From Felis catus (lineage: Eukaryota), in the NCBI RefSeq assembly GCF_018350175.1, contig NC_058373.1, positions 114,640,001-114,704,000 on the forward strand: DNA of 64,000 bases, given 5' to 3'. The notes beneath the pieces were generated by a model that was given only the letters and a program-made list of their open reading frames with translations, made no database searches and had not been told where the DNA came from. How positions within the stretch are numbered: the first letter of the stretch is position 1; the number at the start of each line of letters is the position of its first letter. Positions 39,200 to 52,358 of this stretch are shown piece by piece. The position numbers and the translations under genes are program-made.

Positions 39200-40335
39200 A
39201 AACTGGGGTAAGAAGGAACATGCTAAATGACAGTATAAAAATGCAATCAGCATAATCTAAAATGTGAGAAATTCCATATGACAAATAATCCAGTGTCTTT
39301 AACAAATAGATTGCAAGGGGGAAAAGTGAGAGGCAGGAATACCTACAGATTAAGAGACTCAGAAGCCATATTAACTAATTTTTATGTATAAACCTTATTT
39401 TAATCCTGATTCAAAAAAAACAAAAAACAAACAATTGTAGCATTCATGAGACAATTAAAGAAATTTAAACACTAATTAAATATATGCAGTGATATTAAGG
39501 AGTTATTGTTATTGTATTTAGGTGTGACAATATTATGGTTATATTTTTAAAAAGAATTATCTTTTTATGGAAAGTATTTTGGCAGTTCCTCAAAAAGTTT
39601 AACACAGGATTTACCCTAAAACCCAGCAATTCCACTCCTAGGTGTATATGCGAAAGAACTGAAAACAGGTACTCAAATTTACTTATGCATAAATGTTAAT
39701 AGTAGTACTATTCATCATACCAAAAAGTGGAAACAATTCAAATGTACATCAATGGGTGAACAGATAAAACGTGGCGCATCCATACAACAGAATATTATCC
39801 TGTCAAAAAAAGGAATGAAGAACTGATACATGCTACAATGTGGATGAACCTCAAAAAACAGGATGATAAGCAAAAGAAGCCAGATCAAAGGTCACATGAT
39901 GATGAAACATCTGGAACAGGTAAATCCATCGAGACAGAGAGTAGATCGATGGTAGCTAGGAGCGAGAGAAAAATATCCTGGAAAGTCACTGTGTAAAGGG
40001 TAGGAGTTTTATTTTAGGATGATGGAAATATTTTGGAACTAGGTAGAGGTGGTGGTTGTAAAACACTGTGAGTGTACTACATGCTATGAATTTTTCACTT
40101 TAAAATGGCTAATTGTATGTTATGTGAATTTTACCTCAACTGAAAAATAATCTTTCAGAGATATATATTAAAGCATTTACAGAGAAATGATAATAATGTT
40201 ATGTGGAAACTGATTCAAAATAATTGGGAAGGGAGGTCACAGATGAGGAATAAATGAAAGATTGTTCATGGATTAAATACTGAAGCTGGGTGATAGTTAT
40301 ATTGGAATTCATTTTACTATTCTACTTTTATATAT
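39200..40335 (+). mobile_element. L1MC-like 3' fragment with nested L1MB-like fragment (~39565-40145)
   Basis: 'ttggcagttcctcaaaaagtt..cccagcaattccactcctaggt' through 'tatgttatgtgaattttacctcaa'. Confidence 0.75.
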
Positions 40336-40347
40336 ATCTAAAATTGG

Positions 40348-40389
40348 TTTTTTGTTTGTTTTTGGGTGTGTGTGTGTTTTATTTGAGAG

Positions 40390-40450
<61 letters not shown>

Positions 40451-40632
40451 ACGTGTGAGAGGGGGAGAAGAGCAAAGGGAGAGAAAGGGAGAGAGAGAAT
40501 CAATCCCAAGCAGGTTCCATGCTCAACGCAGAACCTGATGCAGGGCTTGATCCCAAGACCCTCATGGGATCATGAGGCCTGAGCCGAAATCAAGAGTCAG
40601 ATGTTTAAATGACTGAGCCACCCAGGTGCCCC
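40348..40632 (-). mobile_element. Can-SINE with long (GA)n (~40392-40444); TSD-like TAAAATTG
   Basis: Seen directly. Confidence 0.9.
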
Positions 40633-41158
40633 TAAAATTGTTTTAACATAAAAATATTTTTAAAAAGCAAAAAGTCAAGATTTGATTTTACAATAATAAA
40701 GTCCCCTTGGTTTAGGGATTTAATATCACCTCCTTCTGAATAAACAATACTTGAGGAATATTAAAGGAAGGGTATTCCCTAGATGTTTGGGTCTGAAGTT
40801 AAGTCTCTTGTTATAAAAGGCACATTTGTGCTTGGTATGGACACGAGGAAGCTCTGGCCTAAAGCCCAAAGACGCTGGGTTAGAATGAACACAGAAACAA
40901 ATTTAACGTGGACCTCTGAATAACCACAACTTCCATCTTATAGGATAAACCAAGTTACTAAATCACCTGGGATATCTGTTTAAAATGGCAGATTCACAGG
41001 TGCTGCCTCAGGTCTCACAATTCAATCTCTGGATCTGAGCTCCAGGAAGCTGTACTTCAACAAGATCCCCTGGTAATTCTAATGCCCTCTAAAGTTTGAG
41101 AACCACTGGGTTAGGATACCAGGGGCCTGGTGTCTTCCATTGGACAAAGCTGATTCTA

Positions 41159-41177
41159 GAGCTCCACCTTGTGGCCT
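41159..41177 (-). promoter_or_regulatory. Candidate CTCF motif AGGCCACAAGGTGGAGCTC
   Basis: Close visual match to the CTCF core CCACCAGGTGGCGC; motif only. Confidence 0.35.
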
Positions 41178-41491
41178 AAAAACCAGACAGCAACTTCACC
41201 AGAATCTGACTCCCCAACATAACTCTGACAGATGGTCAAAACCCAGCAAGAACCCTTACAACCTCCTTTAAGGGTTTATTCCTTAGAGACAACATTTTGA
41301 TCCATTACACTCAAGGAATTAATAGGTCCAGAAAACATTACAAAAACCCTGCTTTGAAAATACAGACTATTTGGGGATGAGTATAAAACTATGCACTCAT
41401 TCAATATTTACTGAAGGTACCAATATTCTAAGTGATGTGTTAGGCTCTAGAGATAAATAAAACATGGCCCTTTCCTTAAAACTCCACAGGA

Positions 41492-41925
41492 GGGGCACCT
41501 GGGTAGTTCAGTTGGTTGAATGTCCAATTCTTTTTTTTTTTTTTTAATTTTTTTAACGTTTATTTTTTATTTTGAGACAGGGAGAGACAGAACATGAACA
41601 GGGGAGGGTCAGAGAGAGGGAGACACATAATCTGAAGCAGGCTCCAGGCTCTGAGCTGTCAGCACGGAGCCCAACGCGGGGCTCGAACTCACGGACTGCG
41701 AGATCATGACCTGAGCCGAAGTCGGCTGCTTAACTGACTGAGCCACCCAGGCGCCCCGAATGTCCAATTCTTAATTTCAGCTCAGGTCATGATCCCAGAG
41801 TCTTGGGATTGAGCCCCGTATCAGTCTCCATGCTGAGTGTGGAGCTAGCTTGCTTGGGACTGATTCATTCTTTCTCTCCCCGTGCCCCTCTCCCCTGTTT
41901 GCTCTCTTTCTCTCTCAAAAAAGAA
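41492..41925. mobile_element. Can-SINE (+) split by an inverted Can-SINE (41533-41757, minus), 15-bp TSD GAATGTCCAATTCTT
   Basis: TSD at 41518-41532 and 41758-41772; the host sequence resumes seamlessly. Confidence 0.93.
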
Positions 41926-43226
41926 AATCTATAGGAAAACATGACAGGTGATAGTACAGATCAGGATAAGCACTTCTTTTTTGTTGAGAAGCAATTCCTG
42001 GACACTGGGAAGGAAATAAAAAATATAGTAATGGTCTAGCTGGAGATAAACACTCATATTAAAAGAAAACTAATGATGGCGAAAGCAGCAACCAAGCCAA
42101 GCAACATGCATGCCACAAACCGTAAGTACTTTACAGAGACTCTGAATAAAGAGATCTCTTCCCGTAGAAGACAAAGCTTCATTCATGCAGCACACAGTCT
42201 GTGCCAAAACTCTGCCAGGTGCTGGGGACACAATGAGTAAAAGGAAGCTTTGAGTATGTAACAGGGAGCAAGGATGCTTTTCCTGAGGGGCACTAACTTA
42301 TTGTGGACCTGAAAAGTACTAAAAGTTGAAAAGATCCAAAGAAACAAGAAAAAACTATCTCCTCCATTTGTGTTTGTATGTGGAAGAGAGTACAAGGGGA
42401 GAGAGGAGGGACACTGGCACCAGAGAAGGAGCAGATTGCTTGCTGAAGGAGTTGTTTTAGCCAGTAAAGTAGGTCATACATTCATTCCAAAAGACATTTT
42501 CTTAGAGCATCCCACATATAGGTTCTGAGGATGTGCCCATGAACAAAGATAACAAGAACTCACTAAAGCTCCTGGGTAGGGGAATGGCAAGAGTGATATT
42601 GAAGGATGTGTGCTATATGGCAGAAGCAGGAGGCAAGTTAAGAAGGCAGGGCAGCTGGTCCCTTCCAGAAATAGTGCTATGGGCATGAGATGGAGCTGGG
42701 GCTTTCAGAACTGAAAACAGTGGCCAGGCACTAATGCAGAACAAAGCTAGTTATGGCAGAGAGTGAGAGAGACAGAAGAGGAAAATGGGACTCTGGGGTT
42801 TCAGCTGGGATGACTGTGGGAGTAATGGTGACAATGATAAAAAACAAACAAGAAAGGAATCAGTTCTAGGGAGAAAACAAGCTTTCAGTGTAGGTCTTGG
42901 TGGATGGACCACTTGCCTGAGTATTGCATAGGTACATACAGAAAGATGGGAGAGTGGGGAAGAAAGGAGTGGCTAACCTGAAAGCATGTCCCCCGATTAG
43001 AACCTAATCATTCTGACAATTAAACTCCAACAATCCCTAGCTCTTCTCTGGTGATTCTCTACATAATCCAAACTGCTAGGTCCTCCTGACTCTCCTCCCT
43101 CCCTCTTCTGTCCCTTCAAGCCATTCCCTGAGATCTGGTGATATTGCTACAACCACTGGAATCACAGGGAAAGCAAATACCTACAGGGAGACAATAGTGA
43201 TCTTGGATTTTTAAAAATGTACTTTA

Positions 43227-43334
43227 GGGGCATCTGGGTGTCTCACGAGATTGAGCCCCGCATCGGGCTCTGCATTGATGGTGTGGAGTCTGCTTATTTC
43301 TCTCTCTCCTTCTCTCTGTCCCTTCCCCTGCTGG

Positions 43335-43366
<32 letters not shown>

Positions 43367-43654
43367 AAATAAATGAATAAACATTAAAAAAAGAAAAAGA
43401 CTGAATTTTGAAAAGTAATAAAATAAAATGTACTTTAAACACCTTAAATACATTTTTTTTAAAAAAAAGTTTACTTATTTATTTTGAGAGAGAGAGCAAG
43501 CGAACACATGAGGGAGGGGCAGAGAGACAGAGAGAGAATCCCCAGCAGGCTCTGTGCTGCTGTCAGTGCAGAGTCCAACATGGGGCTCAGTCTCATGAAC
43601 TACGAGATCATGACCCGAGCCGAATCAAGAGTCGGACACTTAACTGACTGAGCC
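43227..43654. mobile_element. Tail-to-tail Can-SINEs (~43227-43395 plus, internally deleted; ~43452-43654 minus)
   Basis: Heads, CT/GA tracts; repeat AAAATGTACTTTA flanks the first. Confidence 0.85.
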
Positions 43655-43669
43655 TAAACATACTTTAAA

Positions 43670-44910
43670 TTGTACAGTAAAGAGCACTAATTATATAGCT
43701 CAAAAAATTTTTTTTACTAAAGTATATACCTGTGAAACTACCTCCCAGATATAAAATCCTAGAAGCTTTCCTCATAATACCCCATAGTAACCACTATTCT
43801 GACTTCTATAACCTGCTTATTCTTGAACACCATACACTCTTTTCTATCTATCTGGCTTCTCTCATTCAATATTATGGCTGTTTGAGTCATCCACGTCAAT
43901 GTGTGCATCTATAATTCACTCTTTTCATATCTGTGTGATACTCTATCGCATAGCTATTCTGCAGTTTCCTTACCCATTCTTCTTCCATGGACATTTGGGT
44001 TGTTTCCAGCTTTTGGCTCTTATGAATAAAGCACCTGTGAATATTCTTGTACATGTCTTTGGTGGAAGTTCATACTCAGTTCTCTTAGGCTATACCTAAG
44101 AGTGAGGTTGCTAGGTCATGGAGTCACATGTTTAGTTTAGTAGACATTGACAGAGTTTTCCCAGGTGGTTGTACCAAGTTACCCTCACCTAAAATGTCTG
44201 AGAGTTTCAGTTGCTCCATGCCCTTGTCAACACCTGGTACTATTTATTAGTCTCTTTAATTTTAACCATTCAGGATATATAGTGATACCTTACTGTGGTT
44301 TTAATTTGCACTGCCCTCAGGAGTAATGAAGTTGAATACCTTTCAAATGCTTATTGGCTTTTTGGTATCTTCTTTTGTGAAGCACCTATTCAACATTTCT
44401 GCTCATTTTAAAAACTGAGTTTTCTTGGGGCGCCTGGGTGGCGCAGTCAGTTAAGCGTCTGACTTCAGCCAGGTCACGATCTCGCGGTCTGTGAGTTCGA
44501 GCCCCGCGTCAGGCTCCGGGCTGATGGCTCGGAGCCTGGAGCCTGTTTCTGATTCTGTGTCTCCCTCTCTCTCTGCCCCTCCCCCGTTCATGCTCTGTGT
44601 CTCTCTGTCCCAAAAATAAATAAAAAACGTTGAAAAAAAATTTAAAAAAAAATAAAAAATAAAAACTGAGTTTTCTTTTATTTACTGATTTTTAGTTCTA
44701 TTATATTCTAGATAGGAATTCTTGTTCAATACATGTATTATGAATAATTTTTTCCTAGATCATGGCTTGTCTTTGGCTCATCTTTTCACTTAACACTGTC
44801 TTTGATGAACAAAAGTTTTTAATTTGAATGAAATCCAATTTATCCATTTTTTTTCTTTCATGTATAGCGCTTTTTGGGTCGTGTTTAAGAAATCTTTGTC
44901 TACCCTAATG
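43670..44910 (-). mobile_element. Ancient L1 fragment with a young SINEC_Fc-type insertion at 44427-44659(+), 18-bp TSD TAAAAACTGAGTTTTCTT
   Basis: 'atggacatttgggttgtttccag' and 'gtggttttaatttgca'; TSD at 44409-44426 and 44660-44677. Confidence 0.88.
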
Positions 44911-46369
44911 GCCTTGCACTCTGGTCTGGATAGCCTTGTTCTTTAAAGTTTCAACAAAGAGCAGACCATGAGCGCCTTTTCCAGCCTCTGAAGTTGTTCC
45001 CTGAGCTCTATTTTCCCATAATAGTACAAGCAACCCTCAAAATGCAACATGGCAGAGACTGTCTGGTTTGTTCAGAGGGCAAGGAGTTACACTTAATTTG
45101 GTCTCTCCAGAAGCAGGACTGACACAGGCCCCACAAAACAGACATTTAACCTAGAGGCTCCCAAAGCCAGCCGAGGTCCTATGAGAAATTTTTTTGATGG
45201 TAGGAATTTGCACTCATTGCCCATTTTCAGACGTGTCGTTTACACACCACGTGAAAGCACTATCTTACAAGGTAAGTCTTTACCAGGAATTCCTGGCTTG
45301 CCCTAGTTTTATCATTGAGTGGGAAAGAATCACTCTCTTTATTATCCTTGTCAAAGCAAGATACGATTACCTGTCACAGAACTAACAGTTTCTGACAGAA
45401 AGTGACAGAAATTAAAGATATGAGAAGGGAGAGAGGTGGTAAGTGAGCAGTCAGCTGAAAGAGGGAATTAAAAGGGTGAAACAGGCAGCGTAACAGGAAG
45501 GGAATCGTCACTTTTCCTGAACTCTCTCAAATTTAGAAGCTCACAGATCCGAAACCTATTCAGAGGCCACTACACCAGTCCAAGCAAGAAATAACTGGGA
45601 TGTTGGCAGTGACGAAGGAGAGGATGGCTGTAAAAGGACATCGGCAGAACTAATCCACATGAAAGGAGTGAAGCCTGGTCCTAATGTGCAATGTATATGT
45701 GTGCGTGTGATGTTTTCTCCCTCACCCAGTCTACCGGATGGCCCACTCATTACCACTATTATCCCTAAAGCAGACCTTTCAAACTCCCATGTCCATAGGG
45801 CCAGGCAAGTAATGTAAATGAGGGGAGCATCCCTGGATTGAGACATATAGGAGTGGTGGAACACATCTGGAAGGTCTGAAGAACTCACTGCAGCTTTGGC
45901 TGACTATTGCCATATGAGAATAAAGATCCAATGATACCAAATCTTCTGACTTTTTCAAGAGGTGTTAGAAATTATGATTTTTCGGTGCAATTTCCCAAAC
46001 ACTATTAATGATGTAGGCCAAACAAAATATCTCTCTGGGTTGAATTTGACCTATGGACAAGCTCTGCAGCAAAATAAATAACGTGCACAGGTCTCCAGGA
46101 TTAGAAATAACAAGAAACTTAGAAAGCTAGCATGTAGACAGAGGCTAGGCCAGGAGACAGTGAAAAAGGATTTATCTTTTAGAGGCAGAACATCTAAAAG
46201 ACTCAGACTTTAGAGTTAGACATGTCTGTACTGGAAAAATCGGGAGAGGAATCCTGACAAAGGTCTATCGCAAGGGGGCATAGATGAAAGAAAACGAGAA
46301 TATACAAGGACCTTATTTGCTTCAAAAGGGAGGGGGTGGACATGATACACCAATATACACACACAGGCT

Positions 46370-46630
46370 ACTTCAACTCTGTGCCTTGATTTCCTTATCA
46401 TTAAAACAGGAATAGAACCTACCTCATAGGGCTGTCATAAGGACTAAACAAAGAACTATTCATATGTCTGTCATTATCCCTTGTAAGAAATGCTTAATAA
46501 ATGTTAGCTATTATTTATTATTATGGGGCACTGAGAGGTGAAGTAACTTTCAAGAATACATAGCTACTAAGGTATACTGCCTGGATGTGTAACCGGTATG
46601 ATGGCTTCAGATTGTACACTCTAAACCATC
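46370..46630. mobile_element. MIR fragments in opposite orientations; further MIRs at ~37030-37200, ~52800-53035, ~54110-54270, ~60760-60960
   Basis: MIR core motifs 'cctcagtttcctcatctg', 'acctacctcataggg', 'aataaatgttagctatta' and 'gaggaaactaagg'. Confidence 0.7.
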
Positions 46631-47881
46631 GAAAGAGCTTCTGCCTCGCCTTACCTTGCTGCAATGTATGTGAAGAAGTCAGATCCGATGATAACTGAAG
46701 TCCCCTCTAAAGCTAACATTTTATTCGACCAGCCAGCCCTTTGATCAGCTTATTTCAGGGCAGAAGCAGGACACATGTGATCCCACTCACATGCCTACAG
46801 ACTAAAGTAAAGAGGTACAGCTTAGGCTTGGGGTAGGTCTGAGAAACCACTCCAGCACGGAATAATCCATAGGTTAAGCCAGGAAGAAAAAAGTGTTCAG
46901 TGTGAGGCCCCCTTATTGAGCTACGAAGATTATATTTGTTTCTAGGAGGCCCAGAATTCACTCACAAGCCCAAGCTTTAATAGGCTGAAAATTACTTACA
47001 AGCATGCTAAGGAACCACACAGTAGGTTCTAAATCTAGAATCGTTAGAACACTGAGCAACTTTTATCCTCTTGGGGGTCAAATGTCTCTATGAGAACGTA
47101 GTAAAAGCTCTCTTCCAACCCCTCGAAAAATTGCCATATGTGCTCAGTCAGATACACAAGCACACACAACTTTAACTGCAATTTTGAGAGTTTCAAATTC
47201 CCTAAAATCTCTCTGTAGACTTTAAGTATCCCTTGGAATAGATCTACTTAGTTCTAGGGTTGTCCTCCCAGGGATTCAGATTTGCCCCAGGATCTAGGTT
47301 GGGGTTTCTAGGCAGCTGTGTTGAGGAGACAAATCATGTATTGCAACTCAGCATAACTAATCCTGCATGGAAAAGACAAAGGCCCTTCTCTTCCTCTCCC
47401 ACACCAATTCGTACTAAGAGAATTCAAACAGAAAAGATCTGTAATTCAATCCCAAAACACCAGCGGATGAAGAACAGGAACCCAAGATTATTTCATGTCC
47501 TTTGTCTACCTCACACCCATAGAACCACACAGAATCTTAGAAGTATAGAAAAATAACAAATAAAAACATCCTAGTCCACTGTGCTCCTCTTTTTATTCCA
47601 AGAAAGGAATCAGTCAAGATCACCAATTAGCCTTATTAGATGACTTTTCTCCCATATGTGCTTTGAAAACTATAGGTTCCCCAAGAAACCATATAACCTA
47701 ATTCATAATTAAAGAAGTAATCAAAACAAGAAGATAATCTTTCCCCTCATAAGACAGTGTAAGTGTTGGTAAGGGTCTGGACAAATGTGTAGTCGCATGC
47801 ATAGTTGGTAGGTTTGTAAATCAGTGTAGCCTTTGGTGCTGGCAGGACAATGTAACAATTTTTATTAAAATTATAAAAACA

Positions 47882-48506
47882 GGGGTGCCTGGGTGGCTCA
47901 GTTGGTTAAGTGTCCAATTCGTGGTTTAGGCTCAGGTCATGATCTCACAGTTCGTGGGATCAAGCCCGGCATTGGGCTCTGCCCTGACAGCTCAGAGCCT
48001 GCTTGGGATTGTCTCTCTCACTCTCTTTGCCCCTCCCCCACTCAAGCATGCACGTGCACACACACTCTCACTTTCTCTCTAAATAAATACACTTAAAAAA
48101 GAAATTATGTTCTGGAAAGATATAAGAAACTGCTACAGTTACCTCTGGAGAGGACTAGAGACCAAGGAGAACTGTACTGATGTACAAACATGTAGAAATT
48201 ATAAGTAACAGAGATAATCTTGAGATAGGATTTTTTTTCTTTTTTTGTTTCATTACACTTCTCTTGATATAAACCTTAAATCTAATAAGTGTTACTTTAA
48301 AATAAAACAATAATTTCACCTAGATTTTATCTATTTTAAAGTTTATTTATTTGGGGGTGGGGGGAGGAGGAGAGAGAGAATCCCAAGCAGGCTCGCGCTG
48401 TCAGTGTGGAGCCCAATGCAGTGCTCAAACTTATGAACTATAAGACCGTGACTTGAGCCAAAATCGAGAGTTGGTCACTTAACCAACTGAGCCACCCAAG
48501 TGCCCC
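47882..48506. mobile_element. Can-SINEs ~47882-48100(+) and ~48335-48506(-)
   Basis: Heads and tails visible. Confidence 0.88.
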
Positions 48507-50120
48507 AGACATTTGTTTTTTTTTTTTTTTTTTTTTAAAGAAGCCATGTTTAGTGAGAAGACAAGTAGAAAGGGGAAGAGAACCCAACTACAACGCACAG
48601 TAGGAAACTGCTGGGAGAAAATCAGGAGGAGGATTAAAACACTTAACCCTTCCTCTTCTTTTGAGACACGGCAGGACAGCATGCACTATTCAAGCTTTCC
48701 ACTGGGGATGAACAGCTCAGGGCCTCATTCCAGTTACTAGCTATTCATTACAATGGTAAGTATGGAGGGTAGTAGGTTGGGAGAAGGCGGACACAGTTAG
48801 CCCAAATTCTGCCCCTTATTAATATGGTTAAGGCAGAATAATTATTCTTTTTTTCCCCAGAACAATTATTCTAAAGAGTCTTAAGTAGCAGAGATTGTTA
48901 CAGCTGAACACAGGGAAACACAGGCAGAGAGCACACAGCGCACACAGTGCAAAGGCACACTAGGGGTCCTGCCACTATATGCATTTAAGTAGGGTGAGAA
49001 AGCAAGGGCTGGGTGTGTATGCACCAGAGAGGGCAGGAGAAATGTCTGCTACTCTAAGGAAACTCAGGGAGCCCTGCTCCACACCAGGAGCACCCCTCTG
49101 AGCTATATAGATCTGCTGCAATAGTTCTAGCTCCCTCTGACTGCCCCATGGAGAGAATGAGCTAGAACTAAAAATCACCAAAGGAGATAATCCTCTGTAC
49201 TTAATTGCTCCTTTCATTTTAGGCATATGAAATAAATCATAACCTCTCTTACTTTCCATGATATTCTTCTGCAATATTGCTTTACAAAGTAGGAAGTTAC
49301 CTCCATGCAGAATATCCAGAGGAGCAAGGCTAGCTTTAAGTATAGGTGCCATAAAAGGTTGTCCCTCACCCATGGGATTTAAAGAACATTAAAGAGCCTC
49401 CTATTTGAACCCATCCACACATTTCCCTTAATGATGCCTGAAATGCTTCTATTAATGATTTGTACCATCAGTTGAAGTTCGTCCTAAGTGTACTCTTTTA
49501 ATAAAGCAAACAGAAGGGGAAACACATTAGGTCCCTAACACTACAGCAGCTCTTAACCTTTATTGTTTTAACCACTAGTCCGGTTGAGAAACTGAAAAAA
49601 AGCAAACTCCCGTCACAGAAAAATGCACTTAGATGGGTACATAATACAATTTCCACACAATTTGGGGGATTCACTGTTCTCCTGAAGCTCATTTGGAAAA
49701 CCCTGCAGCCTGGAATTAAGAGTCCATAGTTCGGTGGCCATGAGTTTGACACATTTTTCCCCTCCATCTCCTCCGTTCTCCCCCACCCCCACAAGAGCTC
49801 CCAGGCATCTGGGGGACACTGGGCCTAAAGATATAAGGCAGTACTGAAGGGAGGTTCTCATTAGTTCATCTATTTGCCTTTAATTGACTTGTCTAGAGTA
49901 AATTACAATTTACGACTCCCTTAGCAAGGAGTGTGGATTTCTCACACTGCCTGTCTCTTGGGGACAGGGCTCCCCTGGCTTCACAGGCACCAGTAGATGT
50001 TAAGAGATGTCCAATTGAGATCACAGCCAAACAGGTTCTCACAACCCTTGCTGGTTGATCACATTACCTGAGAGCTGAGGTGGGGGAAGTTTTAACACCA
50101 TATGAATAAATGGGGCTCAC

Positions 50121-50250
50121 CTCTGAGGTTTTCGAATATCCCAGAGTCCCACTCCTTCCTTTGAATTGGCTGTGGCCAATAACCTGGGCTCCACAGGGTT
50201 AAACATGACACTGTGAAAGGCTGATGGATAGTTTGCCAGGCAGAAGGGCT
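50121..50250 (-). CDS. DCAF5: DCAF5 coding exon (probable exon 5, 130 nt): (E)PFCLANYPSAFHSVMFNPVEPRLLATANSKEGVGLWDIRKPQ(S); second WDxR motif
   Basis: Translated by hand. Acceptor tttctctattcaCAG|AG, donor GAG|GTGAGC; frame continuous with neighbours. Confidence 0.96.
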
Positions 50251-52024
50251 CTGTGAATAGAGAAATGACAATCAGCCCCATAGCTCATTCAGCACCTCTG
50301 GGCCAGAGGCAGGCAAAGCAGGAATGTGATTGAGGAGAATCACACCCTATAGTAACTGTCCTAGTAGCCAGAGCCCCAAAGTAGTCCATCACCCCAGCAG
50401 TCACCCCTAGTCACAAGGCTCCAACAAGGGCTAGCACATACTTTCTGCATGCAAAGTCTGAAAACAGCAACTCTAGCACATACAAACAAACTTAAAGCTA
50501 TAATACTCAGAAACACTGAGCACTGTACCTCTTCAGATCCTGTGACAAAACAGAAATGGTTACAGGAACTGGGAAGGTAAGCTATTTAACAGTAAGTAAA
50601 ATTGAATTCCACATGAGCTGAAAAAATTTACAACCAATTACTGGTAGGATTATTGTACCTTAATCCAAATTTATTAGTTTTAGAAATTAAAAGTTTTAAA
50701 CTATGCAAAAATTTAATGAAGACAAAGCAAAACAATGAGAAAAATGAAGATGATGAAACATAATAGCAGTCTTCCCTTCTCTCTAAATTGCTCTCTAAAT
50801 TGAGAGGAAAATAGCCTCAGTCTAGAATTTTATGATTTCATTCCCAGTCTTGTAATATTTTTAAAAAGCACCTAATACTTGAACTCTTGCGTCCAGCCAG
50901 CTTCTAATCAACTTCACTTAGAAACCCTGCAGCCCTCTGCATAGACTAGCTGGCTCCAGGTGAGGAAGAAATGAATCGCCCTGCTACTCAGAAGGATATA
51001 TTCCTGTGGAAGTTGTTTAGAAGCAACAGAGCGCACTCCGCAGTGTCGGATATCACATGGGACACTGCACAAGCCTCTGGACTGGGGCGCTCAGTCATCT
51101 TAGCCAGCGGGCAGTGCAGAGAAAGGAGAATTTCACCTACCTAGGATATGGGGACCCAGCCACAGTTGCTCCTTGGAGCTACCTTATCTTCCTGACCCTA
51201 AGAACAAGCTTCTCTTATAGCCTGAATCTCAATAATGGGGCACAGCCCAGCATGTTAAAATGGTCTGAATATAGAATAAGAAAAAGATCCAGATCCTGTC
51301 AGACAAGACAGGCAGGAAAGCAATTCTGTGTGCACAGGTTATGATCTTGACAAAACTGCACTAAATGTGGGCACAGGGGTGACACTGAGGTACAGCTGGA
51401 GGAAAGAGTCTTTGAAGACAGGCAGAGTTACAGAGTGAACTTTCTATTCAGGAAATGAGCGGAAATGATGCATTTCCTGAAAAAGATCAGAGAAATTCAA
51501 CAAAACAATTCTTCATTCTTATACTTCAGAAGCTCAAAGAGCACATTTGGAGGAGGAGCTCACCTGGACAATCCCCCTTACACAGAGAGTATTTGCCATC
51601 ACTTTCAGTTTCTATACACACATCTGAAATTAGGATGCAAGTGTATAACACACCTGTTCTCTGTAAATAACCAAGACTCTGTGCATGTCAGCACCACACA
51701 CAGAGCTGGCCTTTGGTAGCTACTCTCTACAATGAAGAATTGCATCTCTATCCCTTGGGGCCATTAAGTACCAAGGTGCTGTGGTGCTTACTGTCCAAGG
51801 GTTTGTGGAGACTCACAAGTGGCTCAAGGAGGACTGAGAAAGGTGCCTCACTTCTGACTGCTAAGGGGTAGGATGGGACCTCCAGAGACACACATCTATG
51901 CCCCAGCCCAAGAGTTTCCTCTCCCTTCCCATCTCTCCCACTCAGGTTACTCAGGTCGTCAACTGGATCTGAATGAACTCGATATCAAATTCTTCAACAC
52001 AGTCCAACAGCCCTTTGACCCTAC

Positions 52025-52164
52025 CTCCATGGGGGGACTCCCGGATGTCCCAGATAAGAACCCGGCCATCATCTGAGGAGCTGGCAAAAATGTTGTCATT
52101 CACGGGGCTCACCGACAAGCCATATACCGCATCTTCGTGAGCAAACACATCCAAGGTCTCGCTG
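52025..52164 (-). CDS. DCAF5: DCAF5 coding exon (probable exon 4, 140 nt): (S)SETLDVFAHEDAVYGLSVSPVNDNIFASSSDDGRVLIWDIRESPHG(E); WD40 repeat with WDxR motif
   Basis: Within ORF 51951..52202(-). Acceptor tctctgtctctCAG|CAG, donor GAG|GTAGGG. Confidence 0.96.
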
Positions 52165-52358
52165 CTGAGAGACAGAGAGCAGAGAGAGGCACACAGGCAC
52201 ACACATGCACACGCAGAGTGCAGAGTCCCAGCCCCAGAGTTCCTCAGGTAGGGTTCTCTCTCATTTCCAGTAGAAAGTCAATCTAGTGAAACCCAAAGGA
52301 GATTGTATTTCCTTAGAAAGTAGGTACTGAATTTCAGGTAAAAAACAAAAACTCTTCT

